Positions 14,094 to 25,965 of a stretch of DNA of 44,166 bases are shown here, piece by piece. Position 1 is the first letter of the stretch; the number at the start of each line of letters is the position of its first letter. The translations under genes and the position numbers were made by a program. Below the pieces are notes generated by a model. It saw only the letters and a list, made by a program, of their open reading frames with translations. It was not told the DNA's origin and searched no databases. Where the stretch lies: contig JAVECO010000186.1 in NCBI GenBank assembly GCA_051942205.1, positions 1 through 44,166 of the forward strand. The letters are read 5' to 3'. The DNA is from Coniocarpon cinnabarinum. Its lineage: Eukaryota.

Positions 14094-14843
14094 GTATCCT
14101 AGTCAAATGTTCTACACATCGCTACGTGAGCCTATTCTGCGCTCGTCTCATCGACTAATAGGCGTACCATGGACTTTTCTCGACTACATAAGTCGGTTTC
14201 CTGTCGCTGTGCCGTCAGGTATGGTTAAAGAGTGATCTCTAACACGTGACGTTCAAGCACTCAAGACAAGACGCCACTAGGAGTGCGTGCGAACCGGTGG
14301 AATACCCGACGAATATCCTCCAAGCCTACACAGCGATGTGCCACATACGCTATAGGACCAAACAGTACTATACTAATTACAAGGAGCATAGCTCACCTTC
14401 TAATAATATGCATCAGATGAGTGCTCAAATATATTCAGTAGACGCCACTTCACCTTATTCTCGTCCAACCGATGTCGAATCGCACTTCTACCGCGATCGG
14501 TCTTGCGCGTTGTCCCTAAGATGATTATTGCTGCCTCGGCCAGAAACGGATAGAAACCTTCCTCAATCCCTCGGCCTGAAAGAAAGTCTTGGCGTAGCCC
14601 TACAATCCTGCGGTCCTGCGGCGTTCTATTTCAAGCGCCTTTGTCCTCACGTAGATCCATAGACCACGAAGCTTGTGTGTCCTGGGAATCTGACCGTTTC
14701 CGGCAATAGCTCTTAGTCTAGATACTGACAAGGGACCATGGATACTTATTCCCCTCTTGCTTGGACACAATTGTCAATGTCAACTACAGCCTACCTAGCC
14801 TTCCACTCTCTTCCCACTTCGCCTGCTCCTCGACCAACTCAAC

Positions 14844-16505
14844 ATGCACGACCCAATCAACAGAATTACTCGTCATACCTTCCAGATCGAAGAGGGTTGG
14901 GAATACCTGGACAACTACGCATCCAAAGGTTTCTGCCCCATCCATCTCGGCGATCGACTGAACAACGGTACATACACGGTCGTCCACAAACTTGGATTTG
15001 GCTCTTCATCGACCGTTTGGCTAGCGCGCAACACTCGACATGGTTCAGACCCGGAGAAATACCCATATAGATATGTTGCTTTGAAGATACTGAGAGCCAG
15101 CCTGCCAATCCCGTCCCCGGAGACATCCATCTTCACATCACTTCAATCGTCATTCAAGGGCACGGATTTGAAAGGGCCGACGGAGGAGAATGGTCAAAAG
15201 GACGTGGAGAAATTGAGTACGCCTGCCACACATAACCATCCCAGAATTATTCGGCTGATCCACACCTTCACCCATAAAAGTTACAACGGCATTCATGAGG
15301 TCTTAGTTTTCCCGGTGGTTCGAAGACTCAATGAGCTTATGATCAACTTTTGTCAATACGGACGGCTCTGGGATAACATGTCTCGTGATTACTGTTCCAT
15401 CGCCCGACAGCTCTTCGAGGCCGCCGCGTTTTTACAACAGCAAGGGGTTGTCCATGGCGATATCGTTCCAGAAAATGTAGGCTATTTGTGTGATGATGTG
15501 AGTCCATCCCGTTCTCCCATGTAGCCTTGTGCATCTCATGTTGTAAGCCTCGGAGACTTCGTGCTGCTCTTACGATGTAATACCACGGCTCGGTCTTGAA
15601 GTCACTCTAATCATGGTCTTTCTCAGTTGACAGATTACGATGTGGGCTTGATTAGACAACCTGAACTCCGTTCAACTTGGCTTTGGCGATATCATGACGA
15701 AGCTCCGACCGCCCACTCTGCAATATCGTCACGGGTTCGATCCAATTTTCCCCCTGATCAGCTGGAGAAGATACCCAAGGACATTTGCGACCGTTTGCCG
15801 AAATACATGGCACGTGTCTACGAGTGGACCGACGAGAGCCATAAATTCGAGCGCTATAAAGTTGATCCGCGCATCGTCGTGTTTGACTTTAGCCACGCCT
15901 TTACCAAGGACACCCCACAGGGAGCTCGTCTACATATTGCCACACCGCTTCAAGGTCGCGCGCCCGAATACGTGTTTCCAACGCACAAAATGGACACATT
16001 AGGCGATGTTGATGCACCTGTGGATGTCTTATACCGATACCACGGGGACTACCGCAATGCTTTTGGCGACGTTTGCGAGTCCATCGACGTCTGGGGGTGC
16101 GGATGCACTATTCGGCGTCTACTTAGTATGGGTCTCCCCTTCGCGATCGCCATCGATGGCCTTGTTGCCGCTCTCAAGGTAGACCCTCACGTCTCTGAGG
16201 ATTGGAAACGCATGAAAGTCATGCGGGATGCGATTGGGCGGGTCGACGGGGACCTGGAGCAAGCTAGCAGCAAAGACTGGGAGGATTGCTCGAACTGGTT
16301 GCGATCGTGCATTGAGCGCCACGTACAAGACAGGCAGGAGAAAGGAATCCCGATACCTTCGAATATGGAATTAGATGCACTGCCGCAGCTGGTGGAACTG
16401 CTGAAATTCGCGCTCCGGCTTGATCCTCGCGTGAGACCCTCTGCGGCCGAGGTAGTTCGACGCTTACCAGAATTCTTAACGACATATATCGAAAAACACG
16501 ACTAG
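14844..16505 (+). CDS. Fungal SRPK-like (CMGC) Ser/Thr protein kinase, 2 exons (14844-15497, 15627-16505), ~510 aa
   Basis: Motifs F.PIHLGD.L..G.Y.VVHKLGFGSSSTVWLA, YVALKIL, VVHGDIVPENV, VFDFSHA, RAPE, IDVWGCGC, LDPRVRPSA; phase-0 GTGAGT...CTAAT...CAG intron at 15498-15626. Confidence 0.88.
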
Positions 16506-16726
16506 GATGCTCAAAAAGGATGTTGATCGTTCATGCCACAACCTATCGTGGCGCTAGTCACACTGTGCGCCTGAGGGATCATTGGGACCCCATAGGAATG
16601 GCTTCACCTTAGGAACACTGTGCAAGCCGTCGTTCGCCTAGCGCCTCGCCTCCTTAGAGGTTTGTAGTGTGGAAAAGATGTTCTTCTGTGACGACCTCAG
16701 ATCTCCGAACCTTTCGAGCCATCGTC

Positions 16727-17344
16727 ATGAATATTAAGAAGCCTCGCCAGCCGCTCTTCTACTACAAGATCGGGCCCGGGTTCGCTTGCTGGCCACAGCC
16801 CCGACTCTACTTTGACCTGCTTAAAGAGCAGCTTGAAGATCGCCACAGTGAATCACAGATCTTCCATGCGGTCTGCGCCTTTCCAGAATACTTCAAGTCA
16901 GCAGTACACGCCACAGTGACCAATGCGATCGTCGTGAACAGTCTGCCGCACGTCTCTACCAGCACTCCGGAGGAGCAAAGCCACTACACCTTCAAAGAAT
17001 GCTTTGTGGACGAGCATTTGGGCACATGCGTCAGTTTTGGCGGCGGCCATCTCTACACGATCGGCATTGGCCCAGAACAGTGTGACGGCAGATACTGCTT
17101 TTGGCCATCGAGCACGGCACAGGAAGAGAGTGGCTGGGCCGGTCAGTTGGCAGAGGCCGAATGTCGTGGGGTGATCGATATGGTTGCGGGCAAATACGTG
17201 CGCAAGGGGAACAACGCCGCCCAGGCAGACAATATCTCCCATCTAATTCGCCTTATCCCTAGCCGATTTGTCAGCGTTGACCAAGCGGAGGGTTCGACTG
17301 GTGACAATGATTCCGGATCCAAGAAATGTTTGGAGCTTTGGTAG
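16727..17344 (+). CDS. Hypothetical protein (~205 aa, intronless)
   Basis: Long open frame starting at ATG 16727 with coding-like composition; no recognisable domain. Confidence 0.55.
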   Translation: MNIKKPRQPLFYYKIGPGFACWPQPRLYFDLLKEQLEDRHSESQIFHAVCAFPEYFKSAVHATVTNAIVVNSLPHVSTSTPEEQSHYTFKECFVDEHLGTCVSFGGGHLYTIGIGPEQCDGRYCFWPSSTAQEESGWAGQLAEAECRGVIDMVAGKYVRKGNNAAQADNISHLIRLIPSRFVSVDQAEGSTGDNDSGSKKCLELW

Positions 17345-18502
17345 TTTGGTGGTGTTCACTGAGCTGGCTAGCCCATGGCAGTGGTGTGGACGTGTGTGGG
17401 GTTGGGATAGACGTACAGGGACGAAACGAGGTAGGGAGGCGTAGTATGGAGAGACTTCTGCAAACGACAAGACAATGTAGTTCCAAAGTTACAATCACAT
17501 GCTATATGTTGAGGGAAATTTGTTAGATCGAAAGGATCAGTTTCAATAAAGAAAGAAAGAAATTGAACAAGCCGGTCAAGCGCCTACTTCTGATGATGTT
17601 CAACGGGGACGAAAGCCATCACTTCAGTTTTCCAATGACCGATGAGGAGGAGAGCGTTCTCGTGTTTGTGAAGATAAGATGCGCACGTGACTCGTACACT
17701 GGCTCTGCTCATCGGGATTTAGTAGGCTCCAATGTCAAACGCAGTGTCGAGACCACGAGAACTCAAGTTATCGGTGTGATACGTGGAAGCAAACGACAGC
17801 TTGTGGCTGCGATTGTCCAGTCTTTCACTCTCACGACGTTTCGACGATGTTCTGAAGATGCCAGAACTGCCTCCTGGGCCAAATCCTGGAGACAGCGTCA
17901 TTCAGGATGCCGTGATGGTATATAATCAAACGCGACTCGTTACAGCCTCACCATTCGATGCGTAGCCTTGGATCCACCAAGTCGGGAAGGAACGCGGCGG
18001 TATGACAGCGCCGTAACTTGTAGGAACGAGCCACTGACTGCCGCGGTCCCTCTTAGGATCGTACACGCCTGCATTATGGGAACGCTTCATGCCCCGAAGC
18101 GGGCACGCCTTACGCACTCTTGATCCCGCTGGGCAGCAGCTCAAGCCTGGGGACCGTGAGTAAACGGTATGGCGCAAGGTTTTGGTGGAGCTTGATTTTG
18201 CATGAGATTAATGATGAAGGAGTAACAATAACGCTTCTGCATCTGCGATTTTGAGGCGAGATTGCGGCGACGGGATAGAGGAGGATTTTTCTTGTGGATG
18301 GTGGGGCCGTGCTGGACCATTTGACGACAGCGCCGATGCGTGGCGTGATTCGACGCGTTCTGGGTGGGCGTGCAGAGGAAAGATGGTACGAGGGAGCGAT
18401 GTGAATTTACATTCCACGACACCGCACAAACCACGCTAGTACGAGCGAAGCGTATCTATTTGGCTGCTGGGAAGAGCTGTTTCCCAATTTAGACGATTCG
18501 GG

Positions 18503-18692
18503 AAATAATATACTTAAAAAAAGAGGAATTTTTATAAATTAAAAAAAAAGATATTTATTTATAGATACATTTTAATAATACTTATAATTAGTAAATAATT
18601 TATACTTTAATTTAGTTTATTTTTTTAATAATATAACTTTAACTTTAATTTAAATAATTTTTTATAAGGTAAAGCTTTTTTTTATATAGCTA
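18503..18692. repeat. Isolated ~190-bp RIP-mutated AT-rich patch (repeat fragment)
   Basis: Sharp local collapse of GC inside otherwise balanced sequence. Confidence 0.7.
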
Positions 18693-18770
18693 CTGATATC
18701 GTGGTGAACTGGCATTGCCAGATGACGTTGGCCCGGTGCAAGGCTACGCCCAATCCAAATCTGGTTAAGC

Positions 18771-19007
18771 GTCACGTGACTGTCGATCCGTGCTCACATA
18801 CATATGTGTCGAGTTGTATACCGTAGTTTCTTTCCCCTTCATAGCAGTTTAATATATGATTGCCCTTTGTATAGGTTCCGCTACTTGTACTCAGGTTGAA
18901 CGCGTATCAGAAGTCTTCTGCATGCTCAAGAAGTGAACAAAACCGTGCGCCAAGCTCTTAGGGTTGTGTGCCCTAGCTAGTCACGTGCGCGCTCATGTCA
19001 CGTGACA
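18771..19007. promoter_or_regulatory. Cluster of three E-box (GTCACGTG) sites
   Basis: GTCACGTGAC at 18771-18780, GTCACGTG at 18980-18987, TGTCACGTGACA at 18996-19007; bHLH (Cbf1/SREBP-type) consensus. Function untested. Confidence 0.35.
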
Positions 19008-19234
19008 CTGTCGTTCCAGTTCCGCATCCTCACAAAGCTTAGAACCGTCTGTCGTTTGTCCAACCGTCACACATACTCGCATTTGTGTGACACCAAAGCA
19101 AATTTTGCATTAAGCCTCAAAGAATTCATGTCTTTTTCGAAACACTAACATCGTTTCTAAACCTCCCGGAGCTGACTTTGCAGGCTCTTGCAGTGGCGTG
19201 AAATCTCTACTTCTCAATTGACGCCGGCAAACAT

Positions 19235-22200
19235 TCATTCTTTCCTTCGACCGGCCAAATCTTGCACGACATATACTTGCCCGAAGAGATCTGTGACCGC
19301 GACAAACACTTTCAAGGATCCCATGAGCTCCTTACTTGTTTCTTCCATCGTGTCCAATTGCACCATTGCGTTCTCGAGACATTTTCGCTCCCAGCTCGCC
19401 AACTCCATAAGCTGCGCCTTCAGCCGTTCTTCGTCGGGTTTCATCTCTGCTGTACTGTCTGCGCCGGTCCGCAACCCAGCAACACCATCATGAAATTCTG
19501 GAAAGTTTACGCAATTCAAGTTGCCCTCGATCATATCCCGAGCCAAACTTCCGTTGTCGTTATATAGCCGACACATCCTGCTAAGATGCGTGCACACATC
19601 TGTGATTACGTGCTTCTGCCGCGCCGTCTCAAGCACAGGGCTCGTACGCTCCATATCTACGAAGGCGAAGTACGTTTTGAACGAGTAGGGGCATGAGGTG
19701 TGGATGGCGAATACATTGTCCAACCAAGCTCGAAAGTCATATTCCGATTCTCGAAAAACTGTCAACTCGCTCAATGCTCCGGGCCTGCGTGTCCTGTTCC
19801 TGGTTTTGACAAACTCTTCGTTGAGTTGACTCTGGATGAGATGTGCGCAGAAGAAGCGATGGAGCTGTGACAACACCGATCTCGGAATATTCTGCGGATC
19901 ATGAGCTTTTAAAGATGAACCATCGTGTGTATCAGCAAACAGGGAAGCTATTTGCGCCTTGAAAGACTGCAGCGAACTTTCGAGATACACTTCGTTATGC
20001 ATGGGTTGCTCAACCGCCTCTGCAGCATGTTTTGATTGATGTCGCTTGGAAGCACTCGGCTCAACAGACTGGTCGAGACTGCGTTTTCGGTTGACGAGAG
20101 AGTCAGTTGCCATGGGCTTGCTACTAACACACGATTTGACGTTGATCTCGTCTGCTGCATCGTCTGCGTTTGAATGGTCGCTTGTCGATGCGCCATTTAT
20201 AACCACCGATGCAGACTTGTTGCAAAAGATTGCATCTATTATCGGTTCCGGGTCAACCCTAATCTGCGATTCCATGATTTCATCGGCTTGGAAATTGAAG
20301 AGAGAGACTTTCATCATTTTCAACATCAATGTTGCTGAAATGCTGCATTCGGAAACATTGTTGGCGAGTGTCCACATCGTTGGAATCCACTGAAAATACT
20401 GGTCTTTACTCCATCCAATACGACTAGCTACAGCGCTTCGAACCTCCTTTAACTTTGGTAGAAAAAGTTGGCCTTCCAGCCAGGACGCCAAGGTAAGCCA
20501 ACGCGGCTCTCTCGCCAGCATCGGTATCTTTTGTGAAAATACGGCGAACTTAGCCATCTTACCGGCGTCAACGTGGGCAATGTCTTTGCCAAGGCTAAGA
20601 TTTTGGAGAGGAGCTGACACCGATTGTAGAGCAGCAATTCGATACGCTTCTGAGAGGTTTGAAGACGCGTAGAGGACTTTCTCAACCCAGAGAAACTCAG
20701 GCTCCTGTAGCGCATCGGGATGTGAAGTTTCTAGGAATTGCCGACCTTGGTCGAAAGCAGCGTGAATCTGCTGCTTCAGAAAGGTCGCCAGCTGTAGGCC
20801 TGCAAGGTTGGTGAGAGCCAAAATGGCATAAGAGGTTTCCTCTCGTGCACCTCTAGAACCCCAAGACCCTTCCTTGTTTTGCGTAATAAGCAACCGTACT
20901 AATAGTCGGAAGGCAACCAGGATCATGTCGTCAAGCGCACCCGTGTCATCAAGTTGTGTGAGCTGACCTGCCTCCCAGTACACAAGTGCCTTCACGATTG
21001 CTTGAGCAAGCAACATATCCGGGTAGTACTCGGATACGTTCTATGGGTGTTAGCGTACGAACCTGCGTAATTCAAGCCTCATAAGGGTAGACACATACCC
21101 ATTTATCAGACACTTTGCCAGCTTCTGCGCCAAGCCACTGAGAAGTCAAGTGAGTTACCACTTTGACAATGGCGGATGCATTATCCGCACCGTGGTGTAG
21201 GTCCAGCAGCAAAGCCATCAAGACATTACAACTAGCGCTGACGCTCCCATTGGCTTCATTTGAGAATGTCTCGAAACTCGTCGTTGATTCAAATCTGGCT
21301 CGAATCTTGTGCGACAGTCCTTGCTTGCCTAGCAGACTGAGCACTATCGATGCTCTTGCACTGTCGTCAGCATCTGCTTGCATGCCGGGAGCTGCAGTGG
21401 CCGTGAGCATTTACAACGCAGCGAACATATTGTACAGGTGTCAAGCAACTCACCGAAGCCAGCTAAGCCATCTTCAATGACCTGAGTCTCAAATATCTTC
21501 AAGAGCTGGTCTCGATGCACGTTGAGGAAGTTTTGATCCAAGCAATTAGCCTGGAGTACCGTAGAGATGACCTGCACAGGCATAACTCTTGTTAGTATAT
21601 CGATCTACATGAGTCGTTTGGGAGGGGAGTAGGCTTACCCAGATAAGCTCGAAGTTTGTTGAAGGAAACGCGCTCGGAACTGATCCAGAACAAGCACCTT
21701 CACTATTTGAGATAGCAAGACGAAGATACGCTTCTGCAGATTCGTCCCAGGTGTCGCTTCTAATAAGATACGCCGCAGTGGCTGAAGGTGAGGCCATCAT
21801 ACTTCCCTCTAAAAGCCGAGCACGCAGGCGATGAGAGAATTGCTCTGTGGGGCGTGCATAAAAGGCTTCCAGAGAATGAAGTGCTGCATGGGGAAACTTT
21901 TCAAGGTTTGCTTTTGCGAGCTTTGAGAGCTTCGCGTCTCTCCCAGCGTACAACGGCTTTTTGGCATCGAAACTAAACCGCAGGCCGAATCCTTGGAGTT
22001 CGTCCAGAAGCGCAGGAGCCAAAACTTCGAATCCAACACTCTTTGGTAGCTCATGTGATAGGTGACGCAGGGAAGTTTCGACGAACCGAGCGCCATGCCT
22101 CGCGCGCTCTTCCACATTACTAAACTTTTGAGCAAGCTGTAGAGGCTGTTCTTGGTGTCTTTTGAGCATGAACAGTGCCGCAAGCGAGGAGAGCAATGTG

Positions 22201-22445
22201 GACGCAGGACATTCTTGTCCGTATGGAGGCCAGTGCCAGCCGCCATCTGAATGTTGTTTATCTAGGACGAAGGCGAAGGCAGAGGGAAACAGCCACTGAA
22301 GCTCGGCATCGGCCTGGTTCGGTTTTATGACGCATGCTATCCACGCCGTGTCGTAAATGGTGGCGCTCATGGAATCAATACCATATCCTAGGCCATGCTG
22401 ACTGAGAAGGCTCGATGCGAACCCGGACGCGTTGCCGAATTTCAT
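19235..22445 (-). CDS. Bifunctional class II/class I diterpene synthase (fungal CPS/KS-type), 4 exons (22445-21639, 21571-21454, 21391-21099, 21040-19235), ~1007 aa
   Basis: IYDTAW, QHSDGGW, VGFEVLAP, LHSLEAF, GSMMASPSATAAYL, class II DxDD (DADD, 21363-21374), DKWN, LWVEKVLY, class I DEIME (20270-20284) and NSE-type YNDNGSLARD..EGNLNCVNFPEF (~19500-19565); three canonical introns keep the frame. Confidence 0.95.
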
Positions 22446-23594
22446 TTTCCGCCGCAAGATTCAACTCACGAAGTGGCGAGCATGCATTTCACTCTCACAA
22501 CATTGAAGATGAGCTTATCTTTTCGGGTGCACGAAGTAGTGTATGAAGTGCAAGTCTACGTTTTGAAGCAGAAGTGAGTACGTGAACACCACCTTTTCTT
22601 TCCTCTGCTCTGATAGACTGTCGAGAGATAGCCCTGCATCCATCCAGATAGCCGCTGGCTCTTCTGCCTGCATTACGCATCCTGCTTTGTCGCGCTGCAA
22701 ACAACACCGGCGGTCGTACCGGTCAGGCGTACCTTACACAATGCGAATTGCCAGAGATACAAGTTGTGCACAGCTGAGGTAGGTCCGGGAGACGCCTGAG
22801 CATGACTGCAGCTTCTGAGATGCGTCTTTCAAGCAGGATCATGCTCCGAATACGAGCCGTGCATGCAGATCGTCCTAGCATGCCGCCTTCTACACAGGTG
22901 CTTCTCCCGAGAATGCAGCCTGTATGTATGGGCGGAACCATTCGGACACACTGTCATGGCCCAAGCACGCCAAGTATCCCTAGCACAGTGCCGCAGATGT
23001 TCCACGGCTTGCACCGTTGGCGAGCGCACATCGCTTAACCCTGTCATTGTCATGACTCCGCTGAGCTGTCGTCAATAAAGCGGGTCTTCGCCTAGATTGC
23101 CTGCCTGGTAAGCTGTTCCATGCGTGCTGGCAGAAAACGCCTCATATTTATGACCTCCCCCACAAGGCAGAAATCGACACTGTAACATGGTCGCTTGCAG
23201 CGCACCGGTGAGATAAAGCGATTTGTCAATGTATCTGCCGTCATGTGTTACGAGACGCTTTTCCTCTTTCCTACTTGGGACCTAAACGGCGCAGCCATTA
23301 ATGGCCGCCTAGCTCTGTTCAGTCATATCGCTTATACATTTGAAGGATTCGTGGTGTGCTCTTTTGGGAACGAAAACCTTTGTGGCTTTCGAATCATGGA
23401 CGGCGCTGTGCCGCTCCGGCGGTCTCTTATGAGGTCATGTTTGCCGTCTTTGATCGCTAACGTTGATTTCTCGTCAATGCGAGTGTTGAAATGACGACAT
23501 ACTGTTTCTGAGATTTCTATCAAAAAGTTCGTTGTTCCCTGGTCGCGTCGGGAATGGTTGAAGTGCGTGCAAACGGGGACTGTTCTTGCCTAAG

Positions 23595-25356
23595 ATGGGT
23601 TTATCTCGCACAATTGTGATCATAGCAACGGTTCTGTCAACATCTGCATTGCAACTTCAGCAGTCCACGGGCACCAATACCCTTGCTGGTATTCCTGCTC
23701 GTGGGATCAACCTTTCAAGTCTCGATAAGGCCCGCAAAGCTTGTGAAGCTTCATTACTAGCACTGAACAGCAGCCCCACGAGTGGACAGGAGTTTCCTCA
23801 GGTCATTGAGCCTCAGTCGCCATTTTACCGCAATCGTACCGAGACAAGTTAGTGGGTCAGGCTTGTTTTGTGGACCAATAACGATTTCGTGTGCCTGTGA
23901 AAGTTGACGTTGGTTCCACGGGCAGGTCCAGCAATTGCTGGCAACATGCGTCCTGTGTAATAGTTCCGCAAACCATTCAACAAGTTGCACAAGTCCTCAA
24001 GATCGTCCGGGACAATGACTCCAAGTTCTCGATCAGGAGTGGAGGCCATGATTTCAACGTGAACCATAGCAACGTCGGAAAGTCAGGCGTGTTGATCGAT
24101 ATGGTCGATTTCAACCACGTGTCCTTGAGCTCTGATAAACAAACGGTGACCGTCGGCGTGGGAACTCGTTGGAATGCTGTCTACAATACGCTTAAGGGCA
24201 CTGGGCTCTCCGTCAATGGTGGGCGAAGCCCAAATCCTGGTGTGGGCGGCCAAATGCTCGGTGGCGGCATTGGCTGGTTCTCCAACGTGGCCGGCCCAAG
24301 TGCTGCCTCCATTGTAGCTGCCGAAGTTGTTCTGCCAAACTCAACAGTTGTGCAAGCCGATAGTGTGCAAAATCCGGAATTGCTATGGGCACTGAAAGGC
24401 GGATCGGCGAACTTTGGCGTAGTCACTTCGCTAACACTTCAGACGCTACCCTACGACAAGATTTGGTTTGAAGCGCGAACATACACAGCTGATAAGAATG
24501 AACAGCTTCTGAACGCCTTGTACGAATATCAATTGGCAGCGTCTAGGGATCCCAAAGCAAACATTGTACATCAACTCTCAACGAATACAACTGTGCCGCA
24601 ATCATTCATCGGATTCTTCCATGTGGATCCAGTTGAGCGTCCGAGCATATTCCAGCCCTTCTATGCAATCCCCGCGAACGCCTCGAGGATCAATTCGACT
24701 ATCGGTACTCTCGCGGAACTTGCTAGTCATTACGACAACCCCGTGTTTCCGGAAGCGCCACCCTCTAGGTATGTCCACGGGTTTGTACCTTGTGTTCTGA
24801 ACATCTGAATTTAATGGTGTCAACATGTAGAGATTACGTTGTATCGTTACCACATAAGATCGACAATCGCACCTATTTTCAAAGTTACAATGCCTTTGTT
24901 TCCCTTGCCGAGGAGGCGAGTGCATTTGGGGGCCAGCTGAATTATGGAGCCCAGCCAGTGGGACCACAATTTGTGAATGCGTCCTTGGAAACCCCGCTGG
25001 GTTTGTCGCCAATCAGTCAGGACTGTACGTTGGGTATCCGTCTCGAGACAAAATTTCTCAAGTTGACTCAAACAGGGGTTCATGTCACCATGAACTGGGC
25101 ATCAGCAGAGGAAGACGCTCACGCGATTGAGATCATTCATAAAATGGGTGCAGCCATCCAGTCGGCTGCAGTCGAGAACGACGCTGATCTACCATTCCGC
25201 TTCATGAACGATGCGTATGACGGACAAAAAGTGTTTGAGGGATATGGAGCTGCCAATCTGCAGCGATTGCAGCAAATCGCTGCGTACGACCCCGAAGGCA
25301 TGTTTCAGCACCTGCAAAACGGTGGTTGGCTATTGAGTAATGTGCATCAAGCATAG
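23595..25356 (+). pseudogene. Secreted FAD-linked (berberine-bridge-like) oxidoreductase with a probable stop at the first splice junction
   Basis: Signal peptide, RSGGH covalent-FAD motif, GVGG..LGGG, LWALKGG..NFGVVT, YDPxGxFQ; introns 23852-23925, 24769-24830, 25025-25075. Splicing intron 1 at the first AG joins TA+G = TAG where a Trp (WS motif) is expected; an AG 6 nt downstream would give TAC instead. Confidence 0.75.
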
Positions 25357-25937
25357 ACATGCGTGTAGCAGTATCGTTCTGGTTGTCGAGCGATTCAACG
25401 CCCGGAATTGTCTTGTCCAAAAGTTCGGAAGTTTACGATTACTGACGACAAACGGCGTTGATGTTTCATTAAAGAGTATATTGCTGCATTGTTTGTGTAC
25501 GAAGGACTAACCTCACTCTCTGAAGCTCGTACGACTATTCCAGTGCAGAATCAATAAGCCTGCAAGAGCGTGGGCTTCTTTTTGTTTACTACATTCTCGG
25601 GTTAAGGCTCAAGACCGCTAAGTCAATAGCCATTGCGCAACGCATCAGAGGCCACCGTAAGTGCTCAGGATATGATGGATGCTGATGTATCATTCAATTC
25701 CTGTTCTAGTACCTGAACACCTTGAGAAGTGTCCGCAGCCCCTCACCAGACTTTTGTTTACTGCCTAAGACTTATAAGGAGGAGAAAAGTAGTTTCACTG
25801 GCTCTATGATTAAAGCGGAGAACGGGGTCGCACAACAGAAGACTGGGAGACGAGTTATCGTGGTGGAGAAGGGCGACAAGGTACAGACGGCATCCGTGAT
25901 AAGGCGCTGAAGTGTGAATGCAGACTTGTACAACTGA

Positions 25938-25965
25938 CGTCCACACGTTCACACGTCCACACGTC
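25938..25965. repeat. Short 8-bp tandem repeat (CGTYCACA x3)
   Basis: cgtccaca-cgttcaca-cgtccaca-cgtc visible directly. Confidence 0.7.

Noticed and set aside
17700..18440. Possible small spliced minus-strand gene or structured RNA
   Set aside because: Intron-like signals exist, but no frame gives a recognisable protein and no ncRNA consensus (RNase P/MRP, snRNA, telomerase template) was found.
25556..25586. Hairpin plus T-run resembling an intrinsic terminator
   Set aside because: Eukaryotic context and a short stem; likely chance.
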